Shown: positions 27,373 to 35,938 of the stretch, one piece after another
Layout of the letters: every line of letters begins with the position of its first letter
How positions within the stretch are numbered: position 1 is the first letter of the stretch
DNA from: a virus
Taxonomy: Duplodnaviria > Caudoviricetes
Virus record (IMG/VR): IMGVR_UViG_3300015603_000051
Coordinates: 1,358 to 65,357 of that record
Reading direction: 5' to 3' (one strand)
Length of the DNA stretch: 64,000 nucleotides
Position numbers and translations under genes: made by a program
Notes under the pieces: model-generated
Told to the model about the DNA's origin: nothing
The model's input: the letters and a program-made list of their open reading frames with translations, nothing else
Databases searched by the model: none

Positions 27373-29493
27373 ATGAATCCAATGAAGGCGTACGAAGTAG
27401 CCAAGTCCATGCCACAAGAGCAGCTTCTGGCGGCAATGAAGGGCAAGCTCCCCGAGGTGCCAGCGTATATCGCAGCATCTGTCATGCAGGAGCAAAAGAA
27501 AATCAGGGATTCAGCCCAGAGTCAACCCCCCGCTGACACGCGAACAGTCATGCAGGAGCTGGAGGAAGGAGCCCAGCCACAACCAACTGGTATCGCAGCA
27601 CTCCCGCAAATGGCCCAAGGTGGTGAAGAAGTTCCTGAAGGCGGGATCGTAGGCTACGCTGCTGGTGGACAAGTATCTAATGGCAACCCCACGCCTGAAA
27701 TCAGAGAGCAGATGAAAAACGACAAGAGCGAAAAACTCATGTCTGACTACGCCGAGTACAAAGCGAACGGTGGCACGCTGCCGTTGGAAGAATATGCACG
27801 CCAACCAAAGGGCTACGCCGAAGGCGGCATGGTGGATGATGATCCTGTCGGTGATATTGACGATCTTGAGCGTGAGTACGCCGAGTACGCAGCAATGCAG
27901 GGATTCACCGCACCAGAACAAGCTTCTGCCGCATATACCGCAGCGCCAAGCACAGGGCAAAAGCCTAGTGGCATAGGCACGCTCGCGGACCGCAACAACA
28001 ACCCGGGCAATATCCGCGACAACGGAAAAACCAAATGGAACGGACAAGTCGGCAGTGAGAAAGGATTTGTTAAATTCGAGTCTCCTGAGCACGGCAAAGC
28101 TGCCATGGAAAAACTGCTTGGCAACTACCAGACCAAGCACGGCAAGGATACTGTTGCCGGCATTATCGGGCGCTGGGCACCTAGTTCGGAGAACAACACT
28201 GGGTCGTATATCTCCGCTATCGCTAAGAAACTCGGCGTAGGCCCACACGACAAGATCAATGTACAGGACCCAACAACGCGTAGGATGCTCGCATCGGCTA
28301 TGGCTACGCATGAAGGCTGGTCACAGGGATATGCCGTAGGCGGGCAGGTAGAAGAGGACATGACTGGATGGTCGCCAGAAGAAATCAAATCGTATAACTT
28401 GCGCATGACGCCTGCAATACGGGCTTCCAGAGCATTAGATGCACGATACGATAACGCCACCACGCAAGCGGAACGCATGGCGGTGCAGGCAGAGCGCGCA
28501 GCTGCGCAAGCGCCTAGTAACGTCAATGGTGGATACAACACCGCTGCAGTATGGCATCCAGACGTTGATGGAGATACCCGTGGGATTTACCCACAGCAGG
28601 ATATGGATAATCCGTTTTCTGTACAGCCACTATCAGAGGTAGCCCCTGCAGTAACAACACCTAAAGCCCCCGCTGCGCCCGCTCCAGTAAAACCTGCGCC
28701 AGCTCCAGCAGTACAAAAAGCAGCAGACACCGTAGCTACGGCGGGTATTCCGGCAGCTGGTGCAGCGGTCGGCGCGGGATTCGATTACGATAAAGAATAC
28801 AACACATGGAAAAAACGAGTCAGTGATGAAATCCCGAAGCTCGATCCCAAGTATGCCGCACGCAACGAAAAAGAAATGGCAAGATACGAGCGTGATAGAG
28901 CCAGAGAAGACGCTACAATATTTGGCATGAGTAATGCTGACCTTATACGGCTTGGTGCTAAAACTTTGGCTGGCACTAATCCGAACCCCCTAGTGAATTT
29001 TGGCGAAGGGCTAGGCGCAATGGCTACAGATAAAACTGCAAGACAGGCGCAGTTAGACAAGCGGGGAGACAATCTGTCCCAACGCGACTTACTGCTTGCA
29101 CAGGCGGAGCAGGCGCGCGCAGCGGGCAATGTGCAGCTGGCCATGAAGTACACGATGGAAGCCAAGAAATACGATGTGTTCGCACAAAGAGCGCAGAACG
29201 CTGGAATATCGTCCGACCGTCAGATGTATTATGAGTGGAAGAAGACCAACCCTAACGGTACAATAGAAGAGTTTTATCAAGGCATAAATGGAGCGAAGAA
29301 CTCCGCTAAAGAACAAGCAAAAGCAGATGAACTATTCGCTAAAGATAAAGACTGGAAACTAATGAATCCGAAGGGGACTAAATTAGACTGGATGAAAGTG
29401 AATTTCCCACATCTAGTCCCAGAAGCTGCGGCGGCAGGCGGAAAAGGGTACTCGCTGACCGAGGCCGGTGGTAAGATAACGGCACAACAATAA
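27373..29493 (+). CDS. internal virion protein with lysozyme-like domain
   Basis: RNNNPGNIR, F.SPE.G, II.RWAP..ENNT..Y and HEG motifs. Confidence 0.7.
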   Translation: MNPMKAYEVAKSMPQEQLLAAMKGKLPEVPAYIAASVMQEQKKIRDSAQSQPPADTRTVMQELEEGAQPQPTGIAALPQMAQGGEEVPEGGIVGYAAGGQVSNGNPTPEIREQMKNDKSEKLMSDYAEYKANGGTLPLEEYARQPKGYAEGGMVDDDPVGDIDDLEREYAEYAAMQGFTAPEQASAAYTAAPSTGQKPSGIGTLADRNNNPGNIRDNGKTKWNGQVGSEKGFVKFESPEHGKAAMEKLLGNYQTKHGKDTVAGIIGRWAPSSENNTGSYISAIAKKLGVGPHDKINVQDPTTRRMLASAMATHEGWSQGYAVGGQVEEDMTGWSPEEIKSYNLRMTPAIRASRALDARYDNATTQAERMAVQAERAAAQAPSNVNGGYNTAAVWHPDVDGDTRGIYPQQDMDNPFSVQPLSEVAPAVTTPKAPAAPAPVKPAPAPAVQKAADTVATAGIPAAGAAVGAGFDYDKEYNTWKKRVSDEIPKLDPKYAARNEKEMARYERDRAREDATIFGMSNADLIRLGAKTLAGTNPNPLVNFGEGLGAMATDKTARQAQLDKRGDNLSQRDLLLAQAEQARAAGNVQLAMKYTMEAKKYDVFAQRAQNAGISSDRQMYYEWKKTNPNGTIEEFYQGINGAKNSAKEQAKADELFAKDKDWKLMNPKGTKLDWMKVNFPHLVPEAAAAGGKGYSLTEAGGKITAQQ

Positions 29494-29502
29494 GGGGCGA
29501 AC

Positions 29503-32500
29503 ATGTCATACAGAGTTACGTTACCGAACGGAGATTTTGTCGATGTAGATGACTCTGTATCGCATGAAGAGTCACGCGCGCAGATCATGCAGGCGTTCCC
29601 CGAGCAGTTCCCCAAGGCTGGTGGGTTCGTCAACAACGCTAAAGCTGGTGCGGCGGCTGGGCTCGGTTCGCTTCTTCGCGCTGGGTCTGAAGCGCTGGAT
29701 GGGTTCGAAGGTGACTCTGGTGCCGCTGACTGGCTGAAAAAGAAAAGCAAGGACGCGCACAACTACGCCAACTCAACTTTTGTCGCGACGCCAGAAAGCG
29801 CTGAAGGCTTCGGCAATATGTTCAACCGCAATATCGCGGAGCCTATCGGCGGTATGGTCGGTGCGTTCGCCCCTACAATGCTCGCCGCTGCGGGTGCTAC
29901 TGCACTTGCCGGCCCTGTCGCGGGCGCTGCCACCTTCATGCTCCCTCGCATCGGTACAAACTACGGCCAGAACGTCGAGTACAACGAAGCCAAAGGCATC
30001 GAGAATGATGTAGGCGGGAACCTCGCATCTGCAGTCGGCATGTCTATTCTTGAGCGTTTCGGTGTCGGACGTATTGTGAATGGTCCTATGGGCGCCGTCG
30101 GCCTGCGCACTGCGCAGCGCGTAGCTTCTACCGAGCTGGCTCCGCTTGTACAAGCAGGTAAATTATCTGTAGAAGAAGCCACAGCGCAATTGCCTAGCCT
30201 GCTGAAAAACGCTGGTGTGCACATCGTAGAAAACGCTGGGTCTAATGCCGTCATGATGGGCGGTATCTCCGCACTCCAGCGCGCGCAGGCCGGTGAGTCA
30301 CTGACTGATGGCGAAGCCATGACGCGCTACGGTCACGACCTGAAGATGGCAGCTACGCTGGCACCGGTGTTTGGTCCACTGCATGCGGGGCGCAGGGGTG
30401 CTAAGGGTGAGCTGGAGAAAGGTGCAGAGGGCTTCCGTAAGAATTTTGCAGGCCCAGACGAGGGATACAAAGAGCCGTATAGGCAGAAGATGGCCGACGA
30501 GTCGGCACAGCGCGAAGCCGAGTATGCACCGTATCTTGATGAAGTTGAAGCCGCTCGCGCTGCTAGCGAAGGCTCCGTCGCAATGCCTCCAACACGGGCT
30601 GAGCGCATGGCAGCATTTAATGCCGAGCAACTGGCCCTATCAGAAAAAGCTGCCAGAGGTGTAGTAGGCGACCATACGCCGTTCGAAGCAAACAGTCAGT
30701 GGACTAGGGCTGAAGATGCCAAGGCTGCGTTTTCAGAAGCTACGCCAGACCTGATCGGACAGTACCGCCCCGGGGAGAAAACACTACCTGCACCGACGGA
30801 GAACCTTGAGCCGATTATCGACCCACAGAATCCTAAGACGGGGAAAGTGGTTGGATATAAGCCAGCGGAAACACCGCGCCCAGACTTCGCACTTGAGCCA
30901 TCGAACAAGCAGGTGCAGGGTGAAATGTTCTCGACGGTGCCAGAGCAGGGGCTAGTATCTAGGACTGCTGGTAATGGGCTGCTCGATTTCGCAAAGATAA
31001 CGAAAGCAGATGATTTCAAAGGTGTAGTAGCGCCGCAAACGCGCGCAAAACTAGCTGGGCTCAACGAGTCGAAGTCTGCTGATGTGCAGAAAATCATCGA
31101 CACACTGCGCGCATACAAAAATATAATTAAGCGAAAAGATGGCAACACTGAAGAGTGGATGTTAAGAAATCAAACCGTAGACGAAAGAATAAATTTCTAC
31201 GAGCAGAGGCTCAACGATATAACCAGAAACGAGACACAGCTGGAAATGCTGTCTACCGCCGTGCGCGGTGAAGGCCGTGAGCTGTTCGATGCGACTGATG
31301 GTAGCGGCACTACGAAGGCAGACCCATATCCACGTGCAGCAAGTGAAGGTGCACCGCGCGGAACAGGCAGAGAATTATTTACAGCAGCCCCTGAAGCATT
31401 GGCGAAGACACTTACACCGGAGGGTAAAAATGAGCAAAGACCTGAAGCTAACGTCCAAGCAGCTGGAGTCGGTGTGGGAGAGCGAGATATTCGACCAACC
31501 GCTGCCCCGGAACGTACGACACCTAACACCCTCACAGATATCGCAAGCACTGGACCTGCTGGAGACAATCTACGAGCAACAGAAAAACGCAATAATGCAC
31601 TGACACCCAACACCATCGCGGGGTTAGCAGAAGCTACCGTAGATGCAAATGGACCGCGCCGTGCAGAAGGTAAGGCTGCTCCGGTAGAGCCTTTTATAGC
31701 TGCAAGTGAAGCAGATCGACTATTAAAGCAGGCGGGCATCAAAAACGAGAAGGCACTTGAGGATGGTATGGCGGCCTCGGCGGTTACTCGCGACGGCGAG
31801 GAAGTGTTCAGTAGGGCAAAGCTGGAAGCCCATATAGAAGCGCAGAAGCCTACAACAAATGCGTTTACTACTCGCACGTTAGGCGAAGATTTTATTGCCG
31901 CCGCCAAGGAAAGAGCGCGGGAGAATGAAAAAGATGATCCCCGCCAGTATGCAGAAGCCAAGCCAGCTGAAGGCCAGCTGCACCCTGAAGTCGCGGTAGC
32001 CGTTGGTAGCAAGAAAGGCTTGAACCATACACTCGATGCGATTATCGCGACAGAGCAAGACCCGTTTCTACGCGAAGTGGCGAAGGCGTTGCGCGCGCTC
32101 GGGCTGGAGACGAAGCTTAGTGCAGAGCATCTTGGCGAGAACAAGCCGGGAAGTTTCCACGAAGGCGCCGACCGTATCGCGATCAACCCAGCATATGCCG
32201 ACACCCGTACGATTCTGCATGAAGGTGTGCACGCTGCTACGGCGTGGGCGATCAGTAACCCTGCCAAACTTAACAACCATCAGCGCGCAGCGATACAGAA
32301 CCTGAAGCAGATTTTTGCACAGTTGAAGCAGGAGAACCCTGAGCTGGCCAAGAAATATGGCTTCAAGAACCTGCATGAATTTGTGGCTGAAGCGTTTACG
32401 AACAAAGAGTTTCAGGATGCACTGAAGCAGGAGCGTGGTATCAAGGCTGAGCGCGGTGCGTTTACCAAAATGTGGGACTCGTTCGTGCAGACCATCAGCA

Positions 32501-35490
32501 AATTGCTGGGTGTGAAAGAAGGCACCGCGCTGCATGAAGTGCTGGATGCCGGTACGCAGCTGTTCGATCGCCGTCGCGGCGAGCATGAAGTGCAGGTGCA
32601 CTACGCGGAAGCACGACCAGCTACAGTTGGTGAAGTAGAGCGTGTAGGCGCGACGCCAGAGCGCGCAAGGGGAGTTATCGGCGTAACAGCGGACTTTGTA
32701 AAAGGTATCGCACACGACGCGGCTAGCGCATTTGATGGGGTGCCACAGGCGCAGATGCGGTCTGCCCTTGGTAAGTGGCTGAGCGATAAAATCTACAACA
32801 TAGAGCAACGGCTAGGTGACAGACAGGTAGGGCGCACGCGATATATGCCTACCTCTGGCTACGTTACTGATGCCGCCGGCACTAAGTGGAATGCTGCTGC
32901 TTGGGAAATCAAGGATGGTAAGGCAGCACCAAGCGCACGCTCGCTTGTGCAGGCCCAAGAATATGGCGTAGGTGTTGCAGAAGCCGCGCTGGCATACGGC
33001 AAGGTTGCGTTGAGTAAGGAAGGGATTTTCACGGCCCAGAACGACGCCAACAACCTGCATGCACTCAATGACGCTGCGTGGACAGTCAAGATCGAAGGCG
33101 TAACGAACCCGCTGCGGCTGGTCAATTCTATCCTCACACAGTTTTCCCAGATGGAGCATGAGCAGAACCGCTCTAAAATACGCGACGCTGCCCAGAGATT
33201 CATAGATGAAGGCAAAGCAGATATCGAGCGCTCTAAGTTGCTGGAAGGCGAAGCCTTGTTTGCCGTACGCACGCAGGGTAAGCGCTCTGTAGCAAAGGGT
33301 GAGCAGATGCTTGAGGACTCACCTGAGTACACCCGCCCAGCTGGCATGACGGACGCCACGCTGGAAAAAGCAAAAGAAATGGTTGCAAGCTCACCAGAAC
33401 TGCAGAAAGTTCTGGAGATAAATCGCGGTATGAACATGAACACCATCCAGCTGTTGCAAGAAGGTGGGGTTATCTCCAAAGAAACTGCGGACCTGTGGCG
33501 TGAAAACCAGTATTACAGCCCGATGTTCCGCGTGCGTGAGGACAAGGCACTGAACGAAGCGTTCATGCGCTCCACTGGCAATACCGCCATGAAGAAATTC
33601 AAGGGTTCGGAGCGTGAGGTAGATGTTATGTCTAACCATGTGACCCAGCTGGTGTGGGCTGCAGATGCCGCTGTGCGTAACCAAGCCCAGAAAGCATCAG
33701 TTGACTTCTTCATGCGCGACCCGAAAATGGCAGAAGAAATAGGCATGCAGCGGGTGCACTCAGCACAGGGAGATAAAACCATCAGCGTACGAGTCAACGG
33801 CGAGCAGCAGTTCTATCATGTCGAGGATATCAACGCCTACAAGTCATTCGCTGATGTGCGCGCGGTGCTGCCGGGGTTCATGAAGCCTTTTGAAATAGCA
33901 ACACACATGTTCCGTGAAGCGATCATGTTATCGCCCGGGGCCCAGATACGTAATATTACCCGTGACCCGATGGAAGCGTGGGCTGCTGGGCACACCACTA
34001 GAGGGCTCGTAGGTTCATATGGAGAGTCTGCCAAAATCTTGGCTAAAATATTCCCGGATATGAAGACCACGAACATATCGGCGCTGGGTAAAATATCCGA
34101 GGCTGGCGTATTTAAGCATGGCATTACCGGTGTACGCGAGTTGACCAAACAGAGCCGTGAATTGGACGAAGTATTGCGCCGCGTAAGGCAAGAAGAGGGT
34201 ATCGCCAGTGGCGTAGATATTCCACTAGATAAAATGGATGGGCTGCTGGGCCGACTGCACCACAAAATGCAGGATATTACTCGCGCAGTCGAGGTAGCTC
34301 CACGCGAAGCGGTGTACCAGAACACACTGAAGCGCACAGGTAGTGAGCATGAAGCGCGTATGGCGGCGATCAACACCATCGATTTCCGGCGCCAAGGCGA
34401 CTTTACAGGCATCACATACGCCCGTGCACTGATACCGTTCTTCAACTCACAGATTCAAGGTCTGTATAAAATCCACCGTACGCTGGCGCGCGGCGACTCG
34501 ATGGGTATGTCCGTAGCAGATGCCCGCGTTGCCATGGCAACCAAGATGCTGATGATGGCCGGCGCCGCAACGATGTACCACACAGTCATGTCTGCTACAG
34601 ACGACGAGTACAAAAATACCCCTATGGACGTGAAGGCAAATAACTTCGTCATACCGACCCCACTAGGGCAGGTAAAAGCTGCGCTGCCGTTTGAATTTGG
34701 CGCACTGGCCTACTCTCTCCCACTGCAAATATTAGAAACCGCTAGCGGGCGCCAGAATATGGGCGAGTTCGCTGAGGGGCTGAAGTCACTGACGATGAAG
34801 CAGATGCCGAGCATGAGTGTGGCATTCGCGAAACCGATGGTAGAAGCAAGAACAAACTATGACTTCTTCACAGGGCGCAATATCGAGAGTAAGGCGCAGC
34901 AGGGCGTAGCGCCGGAGCAGCGTGTGAACAAGGACACTTCTAAGGTTGCGCAGGGTGTGGGTAAAGCGATGGGCTGGTCGCCAGTGCAGATCGATCACGC
35001 ATTTAATGGCTACTTCGGCTCAATTGGCAAGCACGTCGTTGGAATCGTGGACTCTATAATCGGTGCTGGCGATGGCAGTGCTGATACCCCATGGCGCCGT
35101 ACACAAGCAGGCAAAGTTTTCTTCACCGACCCAGAGCGCACCAAGCAAACCGACCAGCTGTACAACCTGCACAAGCAGCTCGACGAGTCATTGAATACGC
35201 TCAACCTATTCAAGAAAGATTTACGGGGTAAGGAGTATCAGGATTACGGTTCACGCGAGTCAAGCGTTCCGGGGATCACGAATTTCCAAGCGTCGGCGTA
35301 CGCCAAGCCGGTTGCAGAAGCGATTAAAAATATCTCTAAGATCAGGCAGAATGAATCCATCGTGAGGCATGGTAGTTTATCTGGTGCGGAGAAGCAAGCG
35401 GAGCTGGCAAGACTGGCGGCGCAACGAAACAACATCGCTATGCAGCTAGCCGAGCCGTTACGAGCCCACCTTAATCTGGAATCCCAATAA
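29503..35490 (+). CDS. large polyvalent/ejection protein (1995 aa) with zincin-like domain and LPD38-like C-terminus
   Basis: LHEGVHA and HEFVAEAF; DF.R.G, IPFFN..IQG, PFE.G, N.DFFTGR.IE, SP..IDH...GYFG motifs. Confidence 0.75.
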   Translation: MSYRVTLPNGDFVDVDDSVSHEESRAQIMQAFPEQFPKAGGFVNNAKAGAAAGLGSLLRAGSEALDGFEGDSGAADWLKKKSKDAHNYANSTFVATPESAEGFGNMFNRNIAEPIGGMVGAFAPTMLAAAGATALAGPVAGAATFMLPRIGTNYGQNVEYNEAKGIENDVGGNLASAVGMSILERFGVGRIVNGPMGAVGLRTAQRVASTELAPLVQAGKLSVEEATAQLPSLLKNAGVHIVENAGSNAVMMGGISALQRAQAGESLTDGEAMTRYGHDLKMAATLAPVFGPLHAGRRGAKGELEKGAEGFRKNFAGPDEGYKEPYRQKMADESAQREAEYAPYLDEVEAARAASEGSVAMPPTRAERMAAFNAEQLALSEKAARGVVGDHTPFEANSQWTRAEDAKAAFSEATPDLIGQYRPGEKTLPAPTENLEPIIDPQNPKTGKVVGYKPAETPRPDFALEPSNKQVQGEMFSTVPEQGLVSRTAGNGLLDFAKITKADDFKGVVAPQTRAKLAGLNESKSADVQKIIDTLRAYKNIIKRKDGNTEEWMLRNQTVDERINFYEQRLNDITRNETQLEMLSTAVRGEGRELFDATDGSGTTKADPYPRAASEGAPRGTGRELFTAAPEALAKTLTPEGKNEQRPEANVQAAGVGVGERDIRPTAAPERTTPNTLTDIASTGPAGDNLRATEKRNNALTPNTIAGLAEATVDANGPRRAEGKAAPVEPFIAASEADRLLKQAGIKNEKALEDGMAASAVTRDGEEVFSRAKLEAHIEAQKPTTNAFTTRTLGEDFIAAAKERARENEKDDPRQYAEAKPAEGQLHPEVAVAVGSKKGLNHTLDAIIATEQDPFLREVAKALRALGLETKLSAEHLGENKPGSFHEGADRIAINPAYADTRTILHEGVHAATAWAISNPAKLNNHQRAAIQNLKQIFAQLKQENPELAKKYGFKNLHEFVAEAFTNKEFQDALKQERGIKAERGAFTKMWDSFVQTISKLLGVKEGTALHEVLDAGTQLFDRRRGEHEVQVHYAEARPATVGEVERVGATPERARGVIGVTADFVKGIAHDAASAFDGVPQAQMRSALGKWLSDKIYNIEQRLGDRQVGRTRYMPTSGYVTDAAGTKWNAAAWEIKDGKAAPSARSLVQAQEYGVGVAEAALAYGKVALSKEGIFTAQNDANNLHALNDAAWTVKIEGVTNPLRLVNSILTQFSQMEHEQNRSKIRDAAQRFIDEGKADIERSKLLEGEALFAVRTQGKRSVAKGEQMLEDSPEYTRPAGMTDATLEKAKEMVASSPELQKVLEINRGMNMNTIQLLQEGGVISKETADLWRENQYYSPMFRVREDKALNEAFMRSTGNTAMKKFKGSEREVDVMSNHVTQLVWAADAAVRNQAQKASVDFFMRDPKMAEEIGMQRVHSAQGDKTISVRVNGEQQFYHVEDINAYKSFADVRAVLPGFMKPFEIATHMFREAIMLSPGAQIRNITRDPMEAWAAGHTTRGLVGSYGESAKILAKIFPDMKTTNISALGKISEAGVFKHGITGVRELTKQSRELDEVLRRVRQEEGIASGVDIPLDKMDGLLGRLHHKMQDITRAVEVAPREAVYQNTLKRTGSEHEARMAAINTIDFRRQGDFTGITYARALIPFFNSQIQGLYKIHRTLARGDSMGMSVADARVAMATKMLMMAGAATMYHTVMSATDDEYKNTPMDVKANNFVIPTPLGQVKAALPFEFGALAYSLPLQILETASGRQNMGEFAEGLKSLTMKQMPSMSVAFAKPMVEARTNYDFFTGRNIESKAQQGVAPEQRVNKDTSKVAQGVGKAMGWSPVQIDHAFNGYFGSIGKHVVGIVDSIIGAGDGSADTPWRRTQAGKVFFTDPERTKQTDQLYNLHKQLDESLNTLNLFKKDLRGKEYQDYGSRESSVPGITNFQASAYAKPVAEAIKNISKIRQNESIVRHGSLSGAEKQAELARLAAQRNNIAMQLAEPLRAHLNLESQ

Positions 35491-35522
35491 AAAACACCCC
35501 CGGGAGCGAGCTCGACCGGGGG
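35489..35522 (-). terminator. putative terminator between convergent operons
   Basis: CCCCCGG/CCGGGGG stem with an A run on its left side. Confidence 0.55.
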
Positions 35523-35557
35523 CTGGGACTACAGCTTATGGGAGATAAGCGAGTTAA

Positions 35558-35938
35558 TTATAGCATGCATGGAGAAATACACCATACACGCATGCCGCGC
35601 ACGCCATTTTCTACTACGCCTTTGATGCCTACGCCGCAGCCGGCTTTGTCTGCCGACTCCTGCAAGGCTCGCCTATCGTGCTTCCAGTTTACGCTTGGTA
35701 TGAAAAACGAGCTGGTGTAGTACATCAGATGCCAATCCAAGGCAATACACCAGCCGTCAAGTTCAATTCGGCTTCGCCGGTCCTTCTCCTTCTTCGGTAG
35801 GGGGAATCTCAAGGTGTACGAGGGCATCATCCCATCCTTCAGTGATGTTGAACCAATACGCTCTGCCCGGAGTAGGCGGGAGCGACGTGCCTGCTGCCAT
35901 ACGCTTCGCATCATTCTTGATGTAGTTGCCTGCTTCAA
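35558..35938 (-). CDS. small protein downstream of the primase; true start probably near 35770
   Basis: C-terminal SFFIP...ENGVRG.RVW segment looks coding; the 5' part overlaps the primase gene. Confidence 0.45.
   Translation of the reverse strand: MKQATTSRMMRSVWQQARRSRLLRAERIGSTSLKDGMMPSYTLRFPLPKKEKDRRSRIELDGWCIALDWHLMYYTSSFFIPSVNWKHDRRALQESADKAGCGVGIKGVVENGVRGMRVWCISPCML

Noticed and set aside
31197-32808. Long antisense ORFs (31197..32276, 32068..32808; also 57415..58395, 39402..40187, 10323..11114)
   Set aside because: They are shadows of real genes on the opposite strand, with no recognisable motifs.
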